Of a stretch of DNA of 64,000 nucleotides, positions 48,238 to 58,149 are shown in pieces (position 1 is the stretch's first letter; every line of letters begins with the position of its first letter). The stretch covers positions 1-64,000 of the forward strand of contig CAWAGQ010000001.1 in NCBI GenBank assembly GCA_963781585.1. Reading direction: 5' to 3'. Below the pieces are notes generated by a model. It ran no database searches, was not told the DNA's origin, and saw only the letters and a program-made list of their open reading frames with translations. This stretch comes from an uncultured Gemmatimonadaceae bacterium (GTDB lineage Bacteria > Gemmatimonadota > Gemmatimonadetes > Gemmatimonadales > Gemmatimonadaceae). The position numbers were made by a program, and so were the translations under genes.

Positions 48238-50484
48238 CTACCGCAGTCCGATCCGCTCCACCATCGCCTTGAATCGCGGATCGCCGCGCAGCGGCTCGTA
48301 GCCGGGATCGAGGTGGAGATAGATCAGGCCCGCCGACCGCGCCTGATACGCGCGGTCGAGCGCCACGAACGCCTTGTCGAGGTCGCCCACGGCGGCGTGA
48401 CCCATCGCCAGGTACTCGGCTCGGATGTATTGCTGCCGTGACTGGTCCTCCAGCCGACTGAGAATCTCCTCAGCCTCATCGCGGCGGCCCAGTGTGGCCA
48501 GCGCTCGCACGATCATGGCGTCGTACGTGCGAACCGCGCTGTCGATCGACTGGCCGCGCTGAAACCAGTCGAGCGCCACCTCCGCTTCGCCTTGAGCCAG
48601 ATGCGCGCACCCGATCCACAGGAAGGCGCGCACGTATTCATCGTCCAGCTCGAGCGTCCGATGTCCCTGCGCGATCGCGCCGGTGGGATCGCGTGCGTAC
48701 AGGAGGAACCGCGCCACCCACCCGCTGTAGTGCACGTCCAACGGGTCCAGGACGAGCGCCCTTCGTATCTCGCCGATTGCCTCACCGAGACGCCCAACGC
48801 ATGGCAGCGCCGATCCCAGCACGAAATGCGCCTCCGCGTAGTTCGGCCCCACCTGCACGGCGCGCTCGAGCTCGCGAGCACCTGCGTCGAACTTCCACTC
48901 GTGCCAGCAGAGCACCTTGCCGATCGAAGTCATCGCCTCGGCCAGCTGCGCATCGCGCAGCAGCGCCTGTTCGGCCGCTGCCTTGCCGCGGGGATACGCA
49001 TCGCTCGGCGCCACCCAGTCGTCGGCGAGGTTGCACCAGACGTCGGCGATGCCCGCGTAGGCGCGCGCGAACCCGGGGTCCTGGAGCAACGCACTCTGAA
49101 ACAGATCGAGCGCCTTGCGCAGTCCGGTTTCCGTGAACTTGTGGAAATGAAATCGCCCTTTGAGGTAGGTCGTGTACGCGTCGAGGTTCTTGGTCGGAGC
49201 GACCACCTGAGTCGCGTCGACCAGCTTGAGCTTCAGGGCCTCGACGATCGAGCGGGAGATCTCGTCCTGCACCGCGAAGATGTCCTCGAGTTGGCGATCG
49301 TACGTCTCGGACCAGAGCTGATAGCCGTTCTCCACACTGACCAGCTGCGCTGCGATGCGGATGCGGTTGCCGACCTTGCGAACGCTTCCCTCCAGCACCG
49401 TGGTCACCCCCAGCTTGTCTCCGATCTCACGCACGTCCACGTCCTTCTTTCCCTTGAAGGCGAACGACGACGAGCGCGACGCGACCTGCACGCCTGGTAC
49501 CTTGGCCAGCGCGTTGATGATCTCCTCGGTCATCCCGTCGCTGAAGTACTCGTTCTCCGGATCGGCGCTCATGTTGGCCAGCGGAAGGACCGCGATGGCC
49601 TTCAGCGCCGTGGCGCTCTTCGCTTCGGGCGGCGTGCGCCCACCACCGTTCGTATCACGCACAATGGCGCGCAACGCCTCGGCGAATTCGGCCCCGGTGC
49701 GGAAGCGATCGACCGGCGTCCGCGAAAGAGCCCGGGCCAGCGTCGTGTCCACCGACTCCGGCACGTCGCGGGTGACACGGACCTTGGGAATCGGCGAGAC
49801 GAATCGCTTGGCGATGACGGCCTGCGCCGTCGGACCCGTGAACGGTGGCTCGCCGCTCAGCATCTCGTACAGCACGCAGCCGAGGCTATAGAGGTCGCTC
49901 CGCCCGTCCACCTCGCCCTCGCCACTCGCCTGCTCCGGGCTCATGTAGGTCGGCGTGCCGACCATCATGCCGGTCTGGGTCACGCTCTTGCCGCCGCTCA
50001 GGGCCTTGCCGATGCCGAAGTCGGCGACCAGCGCGGCCCCTTCGTGGAGCAGGATGTTCTCGGGCTTCACGTCACGGTGCACGACCTGGTGCCGGTGCGC
50101 GTAGTCGAGCGCCGACGCGACCTCGCCGGTGATGCGCAGCGCCTCGGGGAGCGGGAGCTGGCGCTCCCGCTCGAGCATCTGACGCAGCGATTGCCCTTCC
50201 ATGTTGGGCATCACATAGAAGAGCAATCCGCCGGCGTCGCCGGAATCGAAGACGGGCAGGATATGCGGATGCGTGAGTCGCGCAGCCATCTTGATCTCGC
50301 GCAGAAAGCGCTCGGCGCCGATCTCCGCCGCGATCTCGGGGCGGAGCACCTTGAGGGCGACGAGCCGGTCGTGGCGCAGGTCCCTCGCGAGGAAGACGAC
50401 CGCCATGCCCCCTTCGCCGAGCTGTCGCTCGACCGTGTAGCGGCCCGGTAGTCCGGTCTCGAGGCGTTCCTGCAGGGCGGTCAC
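48238..50484 (-). CDS. Ser/Thr kinase with TolB_N-like and TPR domains
   Basis: LGEGGMAVV, VALKVL, HRDVKPEN, DFG, GTPTYMSPEQ; IAVLPLANMSADPENEYFSDGMTEEI; TPRs; LRGDPRF end. Confidence 0.95.
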   Translation of the reverse strand: MTALQERLETGLPGRYTVERQLGEGGMAVVFLARDLRHDRLVALKVLRPEIAAEIGAERFLREIKMAARLTHPHILPVFDSGDAGGLLFYVMPNMEGQSLRQMLERERQLPLPEALRITGEVASALDYAHRHQVVHRDVKPENILLHEGAALVADFGIGKALSGGKSVTQTGMMVGTPTYMSPEQASGEGEVDGRSDLYSLGCVLYEMLSGEPPFTGPTAQAVIAKRFVSPIPKVRVTRDVPESVDTTLARALSRTPVDRFRTGAEFAEALRAIVRDTNGGGRTPPEAKSATALKAIAVLPLANMSADPENEYFSDGMTEEIINALAKVPGVQVASRSSSFAFKGKKDVDVREIGDKLGVTTVLEGSVRKVGNRIRIAAQLVSVENGYQLWSETYDRQLEDIFAVQDEISRSIVEALKLKLVDATQVVAPTKNLDAYTTYLKGRFHFHKFTETGLRKALDLFQSALLQDPGFARAYAGIADVWCNLADDWVAPSDAYPRGKAAAEQALLRDAQLAEAMTSIGKVLCWHEWKFDAGARELERAVQVGPNYAEAHFVLGSALPCVGRLGEAIGEIRRALVLDPLDVHYSGWVARFLLYARDPTGAIAQGHRTLELDDEYVRAFLWIGCAHLAQGEAEVALDWFQRGQSIDSAVRTYDAMIVRALATLGRRDEAEEILSRLEDQSRQQYIRAEYLAMGHAAVGDLDKAFVALDRAYQARSAGLIYLHLDPGYEPLRGDPRFKAMVERIGLR

Positions 50485-50636
50485 AGAGCCAAGATGGGCC
50501 CCGGATGGGACTGCTGCCAGCCCTTGCCCAGGGCTGCGCCTATGCACAGGTGGTGGATCATCCTGCGCGCACTCCTGCGGCGTGGGACAATGGCGAGCGC
50601 TGGCAGCGAGGTCGTGCGTAGCGCAGCTTTCTCCCC

Positions 50637-53294
50637 ATGAGGGACGAAGCCGCAGACCGCTCCACGTCCGCCGCCTCGCGGCTCGGTGAGGCGCTGGCCG
50701 GTCGCTACGCCATCGAGCGCGAGCTGGGCGAAGGCGGGATGGCGACGGTCTACCTGGCCCGCGACCTCAAGCACAACCGACACGTCGCGCTGAAGGTGCT
50801 CAAGCCGGAGCTGGCAGCGGTGCTGGGTTCGGAGCGCTTCCTCGCCGAGATCCAGGTGACGGCGAACCTGCGGCATCCGCACCTTCTGCCGCTGTTCGAT
50901 TCGGGCGAGGCCGGAGGGCTGCTCTTCTACGTGATGCCATACGTGGAGGGCGAGAGCCTCCGCGCGCGGCTCGACCGCGAGAAGCAGCTGCCGGTGGACG
51001 CGGCGGTGAAGATCGCGGTCGCAATCGCCGGGGCGCTCGACTACGCCCACCGGAACGGCGTGATCCATCGTGACCTCAAGCCGGCCAATATCCTGCTCGA
51101 GGACGGGGAGCCGGTGCTGGCGGACTTCGGCATCGCGCTGGCGATCTCGAACGCCGGCGGCGAGCGGGTCACCCAGACCGGACTCTCGTTAGGCACGCCG
51201 CAGTACATGAGCCCCGAGCAGGCGACCGGCGACCGGGTCATCGACGGCCGGTCGGATCTCTATTCGCTGACCGCGGTGCTGTACGAGATGCTGGTGGGCG
51301 ACGCCCCGCACATCGGCAGCACGGCGCAGACGATCATCGCCAAGGTGATCTCCGAGCGGCCCACCAGCGTGCGGGTGTTGCGACCAGCGGTGCCGCCGGC
51401 GCTGGCGGCCGTGATCGAGCGGGGGCTGGAGAAGCTTCCGGCCGATCGCTGGGCCACCGCGCACGAATTCGCCGACGCGCTCAAGGCGGCGGCCGCGCTC
51501 CAGACCGGAGCCATCGCGAGCGCCCCGGCGCTGTCGTCACCTCGCCGCCGCCAGACGAACTGGATTCCGTGGGCGGTCGTGGCCGCGGTCATTGTCGCCG
51601 CCGTGCTCTGGAACCGGTTTTCCTCTCGCGGCGGCGAACCGCGGAGCGCGGTGCGCTTCCCGCTCACCCTGGCCCCCAACGAACGCATCGCCACCACCAT
51701 GGGAAGCACGGTGACGATCTCGCCCGACGGCAGGTTGATTGCGTACAGCGGCGTGGGGAGCGACGGACTGCAGCGGCTGTTCGTGCGCACGCTCAGCGAG
51801 ATCCGCGCGCGTCCGGTCCCCGGGACGGAGGACGCCGAGCGTCCGTTTTTTTCGCCCGACGGCCGGTGGATCGGTTTCTTCGCGCGGGGTCAGCTGGGCA
51901 AGGTCCCCGTGAGCGGCGGGGCGCCGGTAGCGATGCCGTCCCTCCGCCTCATGAACGGCGCAAGCTGGGGTCCGAACGATATGATCGTCGTCTCGACCGC
52001 CGATCACCTCAGCGTGCTGTCCGCCAATGGCGGGGCGCCGCGCCAGCTCACCCAGCTCGATTCCGCCGCCGGGGAGACGAGCCAGCGGTGGCCTCGCGTG
52101 CTCGACGACGGCAAGACCATCCTGTACACGAGCTGGCGCACGAATCTCGCCGACGCCCGCATCGCCGTCGCCTCGATTGAGGGAGGCCCGACGACGATCC
52201 TGGACCTCCCGGGAACCTTCCCGTTAGGCGTGCTCGACGGCCAGCTGGTGTACGCCAGCGCCACCGGCGCGCTGATGGCGGTCCCGTTCGATACCCGCCG
52301 GATGCGCCCGAGCGGTGCGCCGGTCGTGGTCGGGGACGCGGTGGTGCTCGATTCCGACGGCGCCGCCAAGGCCGAGCTCTCCCCGAGCGGATCGCTCATC
52401 TACCAGATCGGTCGGGCCACCATGCAGATCGTCCTCGCCGACCGCAACGGCCAGAGCCGGACCGTGATCGCCGAGGCGCGGCGCTACGAGTTCCCGCGCT
52501 TCTCGCCCGACGGCAAGCGCGTGGCCTTGACCGTCACGACCGATACGTCTGCCGACGTGTGGATCGTCGACCTGGCCAGCGGAATCCGCACGCGGCTCAC
52601 CACCAGCGGGACCGCCAACGATCGTCCCGAATGGTCGGCCGACGGACAGCGCGTGCTCTACGATTCCAATCGCAGCGGGGCGTACGCCCTCTGGTGGCAG
52701 CCCGCCGACGGAACGGGCGCGCCGCAAGTACTGCTCGGCCTGCCCGGCACCGACATCCTGGAAGGCGTGGTGTCGCACGACGGCCGCTACCTTGTCTATC
52801 GGACCGGCCCCGGCGACATCTGGTATCGGCGGCTCGACGGCGACACGACGTCGCATCCGATCGCAGCGTCCGCCGGCGCGGAGTACGGGCCCCGCTTGTC
52901 GCCGGACGATCGCTGGGTGGCGTATTCATCGGACGAGTCCGGCGAACAGCAGGTGTACGTGCGACCATTTCCGTCGTTAGGTGCGCGGTACCAGGTTTCG
53001 GTGGACGGCGGCTCGGAGCCGGTCTGGTCGGCCGACGGCAAGCGATTGTACTATCGGCGCAACCGGCTGCTCAAGGCGGCGACGTTCACCACCACGCCGG
53101 CGTTCGCGGTGACCTCGCGCGAGGAGCTGTTCGAGGGCGACTTCATCTTCCAGGCGGTGCACGCCGAGTACGACGTGGCGCCCGACGGCGCGCACTTTCT
53201 GCTGCTCAAACTGGCCGGCTCGGACGTACAGACGATCGTGGTGCAGAACTGGATCGCCGAACTGCGTGCGCGGACTGCCGCGGGTCCGGGCTGA
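50637..53294 (+). CDS. Ser/Thr kinase with TM and PD40/TolB-like beta-propeller
   Basis: LGEGGMATVY, HRDLKPAN, DFG, GTPQYMSPEQ; ISPDG/FSPDG/WSADG repeats; VVQNW end. Confidence 0.95.
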   Translation: MRDEAADRSTSAASRLGEALAGRYAIERELGEGGMATVYLARDLKHNRHVALKVLKPELAAVLGSERFLAEIQVTANLRHPHLLPLFDSGEAGGLLFYVMPYVEGESLRARLDREKQLPVDAAVKIAVAIAGALDYAHRNGVIHRDLKPANILLEDGEPVLADFGIALAISNAGGERVTQTGLSLGTPQYMSPEQATGDRVIDGRSDLYSLTAVLYEMLVGDAPHIGSTAQTIIAKVISERPTSVRVLRPAVPPALAAVIERGLEKLPADRWATAHEFADALKAAAALQTGAIASAPALSSPRRRQTNWIPWAVVAAVIVAAVLWNRFSSRGGEPRSAVRFPLTLAPNERIATTMGSTVTISPDGRLIAYSGVGSDGLQRLFVRTLSEIRARPVPGTEDAERPFFSPDGRWIGFFARGQLGKVPVSGGAPVAMPSLRLMNGASWGPNDMIVVSTADHLSVLSANGGAPRQLTQLDSAAGETSQRWPRVLDDGKTILYTSWRTNLADARIAVASIEGGPTTILDLPGTFPLGVLDGQLVYASATGALMAVPFDTRRMRPSGAPVVVGDAVVLDSDGAAKAELSPSGSLIYQIGRATMQIVLADRNGQSRTVIAEARRYEFPRFSPDGKRVALTVTTDTSADVWIVDLASGIRTRLTTSGTANDRPEWSADGQRVLYDSNRSGAYALWWQPADGTGAPQVLLGLPGTDILEGVVSHDGRYLVYRTGPGDIWYRRLDGDTTSHPIAASAGAEYGPRLSPDDRWVAYSSDESGEQQVYVRPFPSLGARYQVSVDGGSEPVWSADGKRLYYRRNRLLKAATFTTTPAFAVTSREELFEGDFIFQAVHAEYDVAPDGAHFLLLKLAGSDVQTIVVQNWIAELRARTAAGPG

Positions 53295-53304
53295 CGAGAT
53301 CTCG

Positions 53305-56002
53305 TTACTCCGCTCGCAACGCCTCGGTCGGACTGATCTGCACCGCCCGCCGAGCGGGAAGCACGCCGGCCAGCAGCGCCACCACGAGCAGCGCGACCGC
53401 CACGCCGCCCAGCACGAGGGGATCGACGGCGCTGGTCTCGAACAGCCAGGGCTCGATCCAGTGCCCGCCGGCGATGACCAGCGCCAGACCTAATGCGACC
53501 CCCGTCGCCGCGAGGGACGTGCCGCTGGCCACCACCATGCGCACGATCTGAGCGTCAGTCGCGCCGATGGCGTGCCGGATCCCGATCTCGCGCGTGCGCC
53601 AGGCGACCATGCTGGACATCAGGCTGTAGAGCCCGAGCAGCGCCACAACGAGCGCCAGTCCGCTGCTCAGGCCGAAGGTCACCATGCCGAGGCGCAGCGG
53701 ATGCATCTCGCCGTCGAGGGACTCGCGCAGCCCCTTCACGTCGACCGAGCGGATCGAGGGATCGACGCGCAACATCGTCTGCTGCAGGGTCGACGACGAC
53801 ACCGGCGATGACCGCGTCGGCCTGACGAGTAGCGTGGCGCCGCCGAACAGATGCTGCTGCCCCAGTGGCATGTAGTACTGGAGCGACGGCTTGTCGCGCA
53901 GCCCTACGCGGTGCACGTCCTCCACCACCCCGACCACGCGGGCGCACGGCGCGGTCCTGAGCCCGATGCCCGCGCACTGTCCGATCGCGTCGCCGTTCGG
54001 CCAGAGCGAGCGCGCCATCGTCTCGCCGACAATGAGGACCGGCTCCGTTCCCTCGCGATCCTGCGCGGTGAACACCCGGCCGCGCAGCAGACGGGTGCCG
54101 ATGGTCGCGAAGTAATCCGGTCCCACGGTGCTGGCGAACGGCCCGCCTCCCGGCAGCGTGGGAATCGAGTCGCGCCCCGATATCCACACGGTCGCCGAGA
54201 ACGTCCCGCCGTCGAGGGGCAGGCCGATCGCAATCGCAGCGCGCTCGACGCCCGGCAGGTGGCGCACGGCATCGACCAGCCGCCGATACACGTCACGCTC
54301 GTTGTCGAGGTACCGGACAATCGCAGCCGAGGTATATGTCGTCCAGGGCGGCAGCTGGGCGTTCGCGGTGAGCACGCGGTCCCGGTCCACGCCGAGGTGG
54401 AGCGCGCCCACGCGCTCCAGACTGCGCAGGAAGAGCCCCGCGCACACCAGCAGCACCACCGAGAACGATGCCTGCACGAGGGTGAGTGCCGCGCGCGTGC
54501 GCGTACTTCCGGCGCCACCCGCCTGCGTCCCGGCGCGCAGCATCGCGACGAGTCGCGGATTGACTCCCTGCACAGCGGGGACAATGCCGATGCATAGCGC
54601 CGTCGCGCCCACGAGCAGCACCGCGGCAATGAGCAACCTGGCGTCGAGGAGCGAGAAGCTCCAGGTCGCGTCGCCGGCGAACAGCGCGTGCTGCACCAGT
54701 GGCGCCGTGATCTGCACCACCCACAGGCCCACGGCCCCTCCGGCGACCGCGAGGAATGCACCTTCGAACGCGAACAGCCGCACCAGACGCCCCCGGCCCG
54801 AGCCGAGGGCGATGCGGACCGCCAGCTCGCGCCGGCGCCGCGCGAGGCGCACCAGCAACAGGTTCACCACGTTGGCGAGCGCGATCAGCAGGATCACCAG
54901 CGACACGCCGGCCAGCCAGCGCGCCATCGTCGCCTCGAACGGCTCGCGACCCGTGTCGTCATACCGGATGGGAGCCGCTCGGAGCGCAGCTTCGCGGTAC
55001 CACTTCGGCGCGGCGTCGCTCGTGCGTCGGAACACGGCGGCTGCCTCCGCGCTCGCCGCGCCAAGGGTGACGCCGGGGCGCAGGCGGCCGAGGATGTTCC
55101 AGTTCGTCGTACCGGCTCGGCGCGAATCGGCGAGCGTCCAGACGTCGACGCGCCGCAGCTCGGTGCCCGAGAAGTCGTCAGGCAGGACGCCCACCACGGT
55201 AGAATGCGCGTCGCCGACGTCGATGGTCCGTCCCAGTACGTCAGGGTCGCCGCCGAACTGCCGGCGCCACACGGTCTCGCTGATCACTGCCAGCGGTCCG
55301 GCGCTCGCCGCGTCGTCGTCGGCCGAGAAGAGGCGTCCGAGGAGCGGCTGGGCGCCGAGCAAGGGGAAGAATGCGCCCATCGTGGCGCCCGCGCGGAGCC
55401 GTCGCGCGGACGTGCCTCGACCCACCAGCTCGGGAACCACGCGGTACGCGGCCACGGTCTGGAAGCTCTGCATGCCATCACGCAGGGCGAGATACACGGG
55501 GTAAGGGATCCACGACGACGTGCGCTCGCCCGTGACCGGCTCCGTCACGGTGCCGTATATCCGTGCCAGGGTTCGACGGTTGCGTGATATGAGCGGGGTC
55601 CCGCAGCAGCAGGCGGTCCACGAGGTTGAACGCAGTCACGTTCGCCCCCACCGCCAGGCCTAACGTCAGTACGATGAAGAACGAGGGCAGGGGATCGCGC
55701 GCCAGACCACGGACCGCGTATCGTGCGTCCTGCAGGAGTGCCTCCCATCGCTCGCGCATGCGCATGACCTGGTTCCTCTCTCTGGCGGTGGAATAGAGTG
55801 CCCGCACTGTCCCGGCCTCCTGCGCGAAGAGCCGCAGCGCCTCGGCGCGCGCGGTGGCCTCGCTGGAGCCCTCGGACATGAGTTGCGCCGCGCGGAGCTC
55901 GACGTGGAGCCGCATCTCGTCATCGACGTCCCGCGCCGCGTCGCGCCAGCGGAAGTCGGTGAGTCGAAACAGCCGGCGGATGCCGGGTCTGAGCGGTGCC
56001 AT
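53305..56002 (-). pseudogene. Duplicated orphan ABC permease split by a +1 frameshift at about 55573
   Basis: N-part (DVDDEMRLHVE, LGLAVGANV...DPAHITQPS) joins the C-part (TLARIYGTVTEP...PARRAVQISPTEALRAE) if one base is removed. Confidence 0.88.
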
Positions 56003-56008
56003 GGTGCG

Positions 56009-56350
56009 CTACGCCGTCCGCGGGGTCTTCGACAGGATCTCCGTCACGGTCGCCGCGTACCGCATCCATTGCGCGGTCTGCTGCGTGAGGTGACGGCGGC
56101 CGGTGGCGGTGATGCGGTAGTAGCGCGCCCGGCGGTTCTGTTCGGTCACTCCCCACGCCGCGGATACGAGCCCGCGTTTCTCCATGCGGTAGAGCGCCTG
56201 ATAGAGCGCGGCGTCTTCGAGGGCGAGGCGCTGGCGGGACTCGCGCTCGAGCCAGGCGGTGAGCTCGAAGCCGTGCATCGGCTGCCAGGAGAGGGCCTTC
56301 AGCACGAGCACGTCCAGCGTTCCTTTGATGACGGCGAGGGCTTCGCTCAT
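56009..56350 (-). CDS. PadR family transcriptional regulator
   Basis: VIKGTLDVLVLKAL..QPMHGFEL...EDAALYQALYRME...NRRARYYRIT. Confidence 0.95.
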   Translation of the reverse strand: MSEALAVIKGTLDVLVLKALSWQPMHGFELTAWLERESRQRLALEDAALYQALYRMEKRGLVSAAWGVTEQNRRARYYRITATGRRHLTQQTAQWMRYAATVTEILSKTPRTA

Positions 56351-56364
56351 GCGGGCTCCGGTTA

Positions 56365-56421
56365 TCTAAGAGTCTTAGACATTGGCCGGCGGAAGATGGT
56401 TGGCAGCGGGTAGCGTGGCAA
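56365..56421 (-). promoter_or_regulatory. Putative PadR operator TCTAA-N5-TTAGA plus promoter TTGCCA-N17-CATCTT
   Basis: Perfect palindrome TCTAAGA-G-TCTTAGA at 56365-56379; -35 at 56421-56416, -10 at 56398-56393. Confidence 0.6.
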
Positions 56422-56597
56422 TGGGACAGGGACCGAGCCGACGGAACCTGCGGTTGGGGATTCCCGCGGCCGGAGGGGCACGAACGTCGCGTCGTGGTAC
56501 CACTCCCCGGTCGGGCGCCGGAGCCTGGTGTGACCAGCCGCGCTCACGCGCCGCGCCTGCCCGGATAGATTGCGGATCCGTTTCCCGGAGCAGACGC

Positions 56598-56975
56598 GTG
56601 TCAGACCCCGCCGATTACCCGTACGAGACCCACCTCGACGTCCTGTTCCCCGCGCTCGAGGTGGTCGACGTCCAGCGGCTCGCCGACGCCGCCACGCATC
56701 CGTGGTACAACCAGACGCTATGCCGGGTGAATGACTCGGTGGTTCGGCTCGGTGTCCTCAAGGGTGAATACCACTGGCACAAGCACGACGCCGACGACGA
56801 GTTCTTCTATGTGGTCGAGGGACGATTCCTCATCGACCTGCAAGGCCGTTCGGTGACGCTGGAGCCGCGGCAGGGCTTCGTGGTGCCGCATGGGGTGGTG
56901 CACCGCACGCGGGCGCCGGAGCGCTGCATTGTGCTGATGGTCGAGACCGCGGGCATCGTGCCGACCGGGAGCTGA
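56598..56975 (+). CDS. Cupin domain protein
   Basis: VNDSVVRLGVLKGEYHWHKHDADDEFFYVVEG...FVVPHGVVHRTRA. Confidence 0.9.
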   Translation: MSDPADYPYETHLDVLFPALEVVDVQRLADAATHPWYNQTLCRVNDSVVRLGVLKGEYHWHKHDADDEFFYVVEGRFLIDLQGRSVTLEPRQGFVVPHGVVHRTRAPERCIVLMVETAGIVPTGS

Positions 56976-57118
56976 TCACGCGCGTGCCAGCGCGCGTCGA
57001 CCGTCGCTCAGGATTTCCGTAGCCATGCGACGGCCGAGTCGACGACTGTCCGCGGATTGGTGATGACCAGATCCGGCGGAACCGGAACTCCAGAGCCCCC
57101 CTTGTCCCGATCCGCCAT

Positions 57119-57997
57119 CTAACGTCTCGAGCCCACCTCCGCGAGGAACGCTTCGAGCGTGGAGTCGAACCGCGCCGGCACGTCGAAGTGCACCCCGTGA
57201 CCGCCGCCCGGGACGAGCACCTTTCTAGCGTGCGGCATCCAAGTCACGAGGGAATCCGACACGACCATCCAGCGCCGCCCCTCGTGTTCGCCGGAGATGA
57301 AGAGCGTCGGCATCGTCCACTGCCGCATCGCGTCGAGCTGCGCCCGCGGGAATGTCCCTGACTCGGGGTGGTCCTCCAGGAGGTCGCGTCCATTGTACTC
57401 CGCGATGATCGAATCCAGACGGGCGGCCATCGCGGGTGTGCGATCAGGCCCCGGCACGAACTGCGGCATCGCCGACACGAGCTTGAATACGGAATCGAGT
57501 CCGTATTGGCGCGCGATCGGTGCGGCCGCCGCGAGCCCTGCCCCGGGAGGTTGGGGGATGGGAAAGCCCGCAGGTTCGCCGCCGCCGTACAGGACCAGAG
57601 CCACCACGCGCTCCGGCATCGCGGCCGCGAACCGGGTCGCGACGTCCCCACCGGCCGAATGTCCCACGAGGATCGCCGACTGGATGTGGAGCGTGTCGAG
57701 CAGGGCCCGCAAATCACCGGGATCCGCCGAGGGATCGGCGTAACCGGTGGACTTGCCGTAACCGCGGCGGTCGTACGCCACGACCCGGTAGCGCGGAGAC
57801 AGGGCGGCAATCTGATCGACCCATTCCCGCTGACTCAGCGCCCAGCCGTGAATGAGCACCACGGCCGGTCCGGACCCAGCGACTGTGTAATAGATGTGGG
57901 CGTCGCCGACGTCGAGGGTTCCCGACTGTGGCGCCGTCGTGGTGCAGGCCAGCGACGCGGCGGAGAGCAGGAATGCGAGACGGGACAGTTGGCGCAT
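57119..57997 (-). CDS. Alpha/beta hydrolase, probable lipoprotein
   Basis: Lipobox-like SLAC; VVLIHGW, YDRRGYGKS, GHSAGG, GGHGVH; GGAGG RBS. Confidence 0.9.
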   Translation of the reverse strand: MRQLSRLAFLLSAASLACTTTAPQSGTLDVGDAHIYYTVAGSGPAVVLIHGWALSQREWVDQIAALSPRYRVVAYDRRGYGKSTGYADPSADPGDLRALLDTLHIQSAILVGHSAGGDVATRFAAAMPERVVALVLYGGGEPAGFPIPQPPGAGLAAAAPIARQYGLDSVFKLVSAMPQFVPGPDRTPAMAARLDSIIAEYNGRDLLEDHPESGTFPRAQLDAMRQWTMPTLFISGEHEGRRWMVVSDSLVTWMPHARKVLVPGGGHGVHFDVPARFDSTLEAFLAEVGSRR

Positions 57998-58061
57998 CGC
58001 GCACCTCCAATGACGGTGGTGGTACGGGGAGGGGAAGACGAGGTCAGGAAAACGGGCGAAT

Positions 58062-58141
58062 AAATGGGGTCAGACTCGAATCACCAGGGCGGCAATTCCA
58101 GTCTGACCCCATTTTCCTGGAAATTCGAATCTGACCCCAAT
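58062..58141. repeat. REP-like element: three units of about AATTCSARTCTGACCCCAWT, one inverted
   Basis: AAATGGGGTCAGACT (58062-58076) is a perfect inverted repeat of AGTCTGACCCCATTT (58100-58114); third copy at 58122-58141. Confidence 0.75.
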
Positions 58142-58149
58142 GGAGCATT

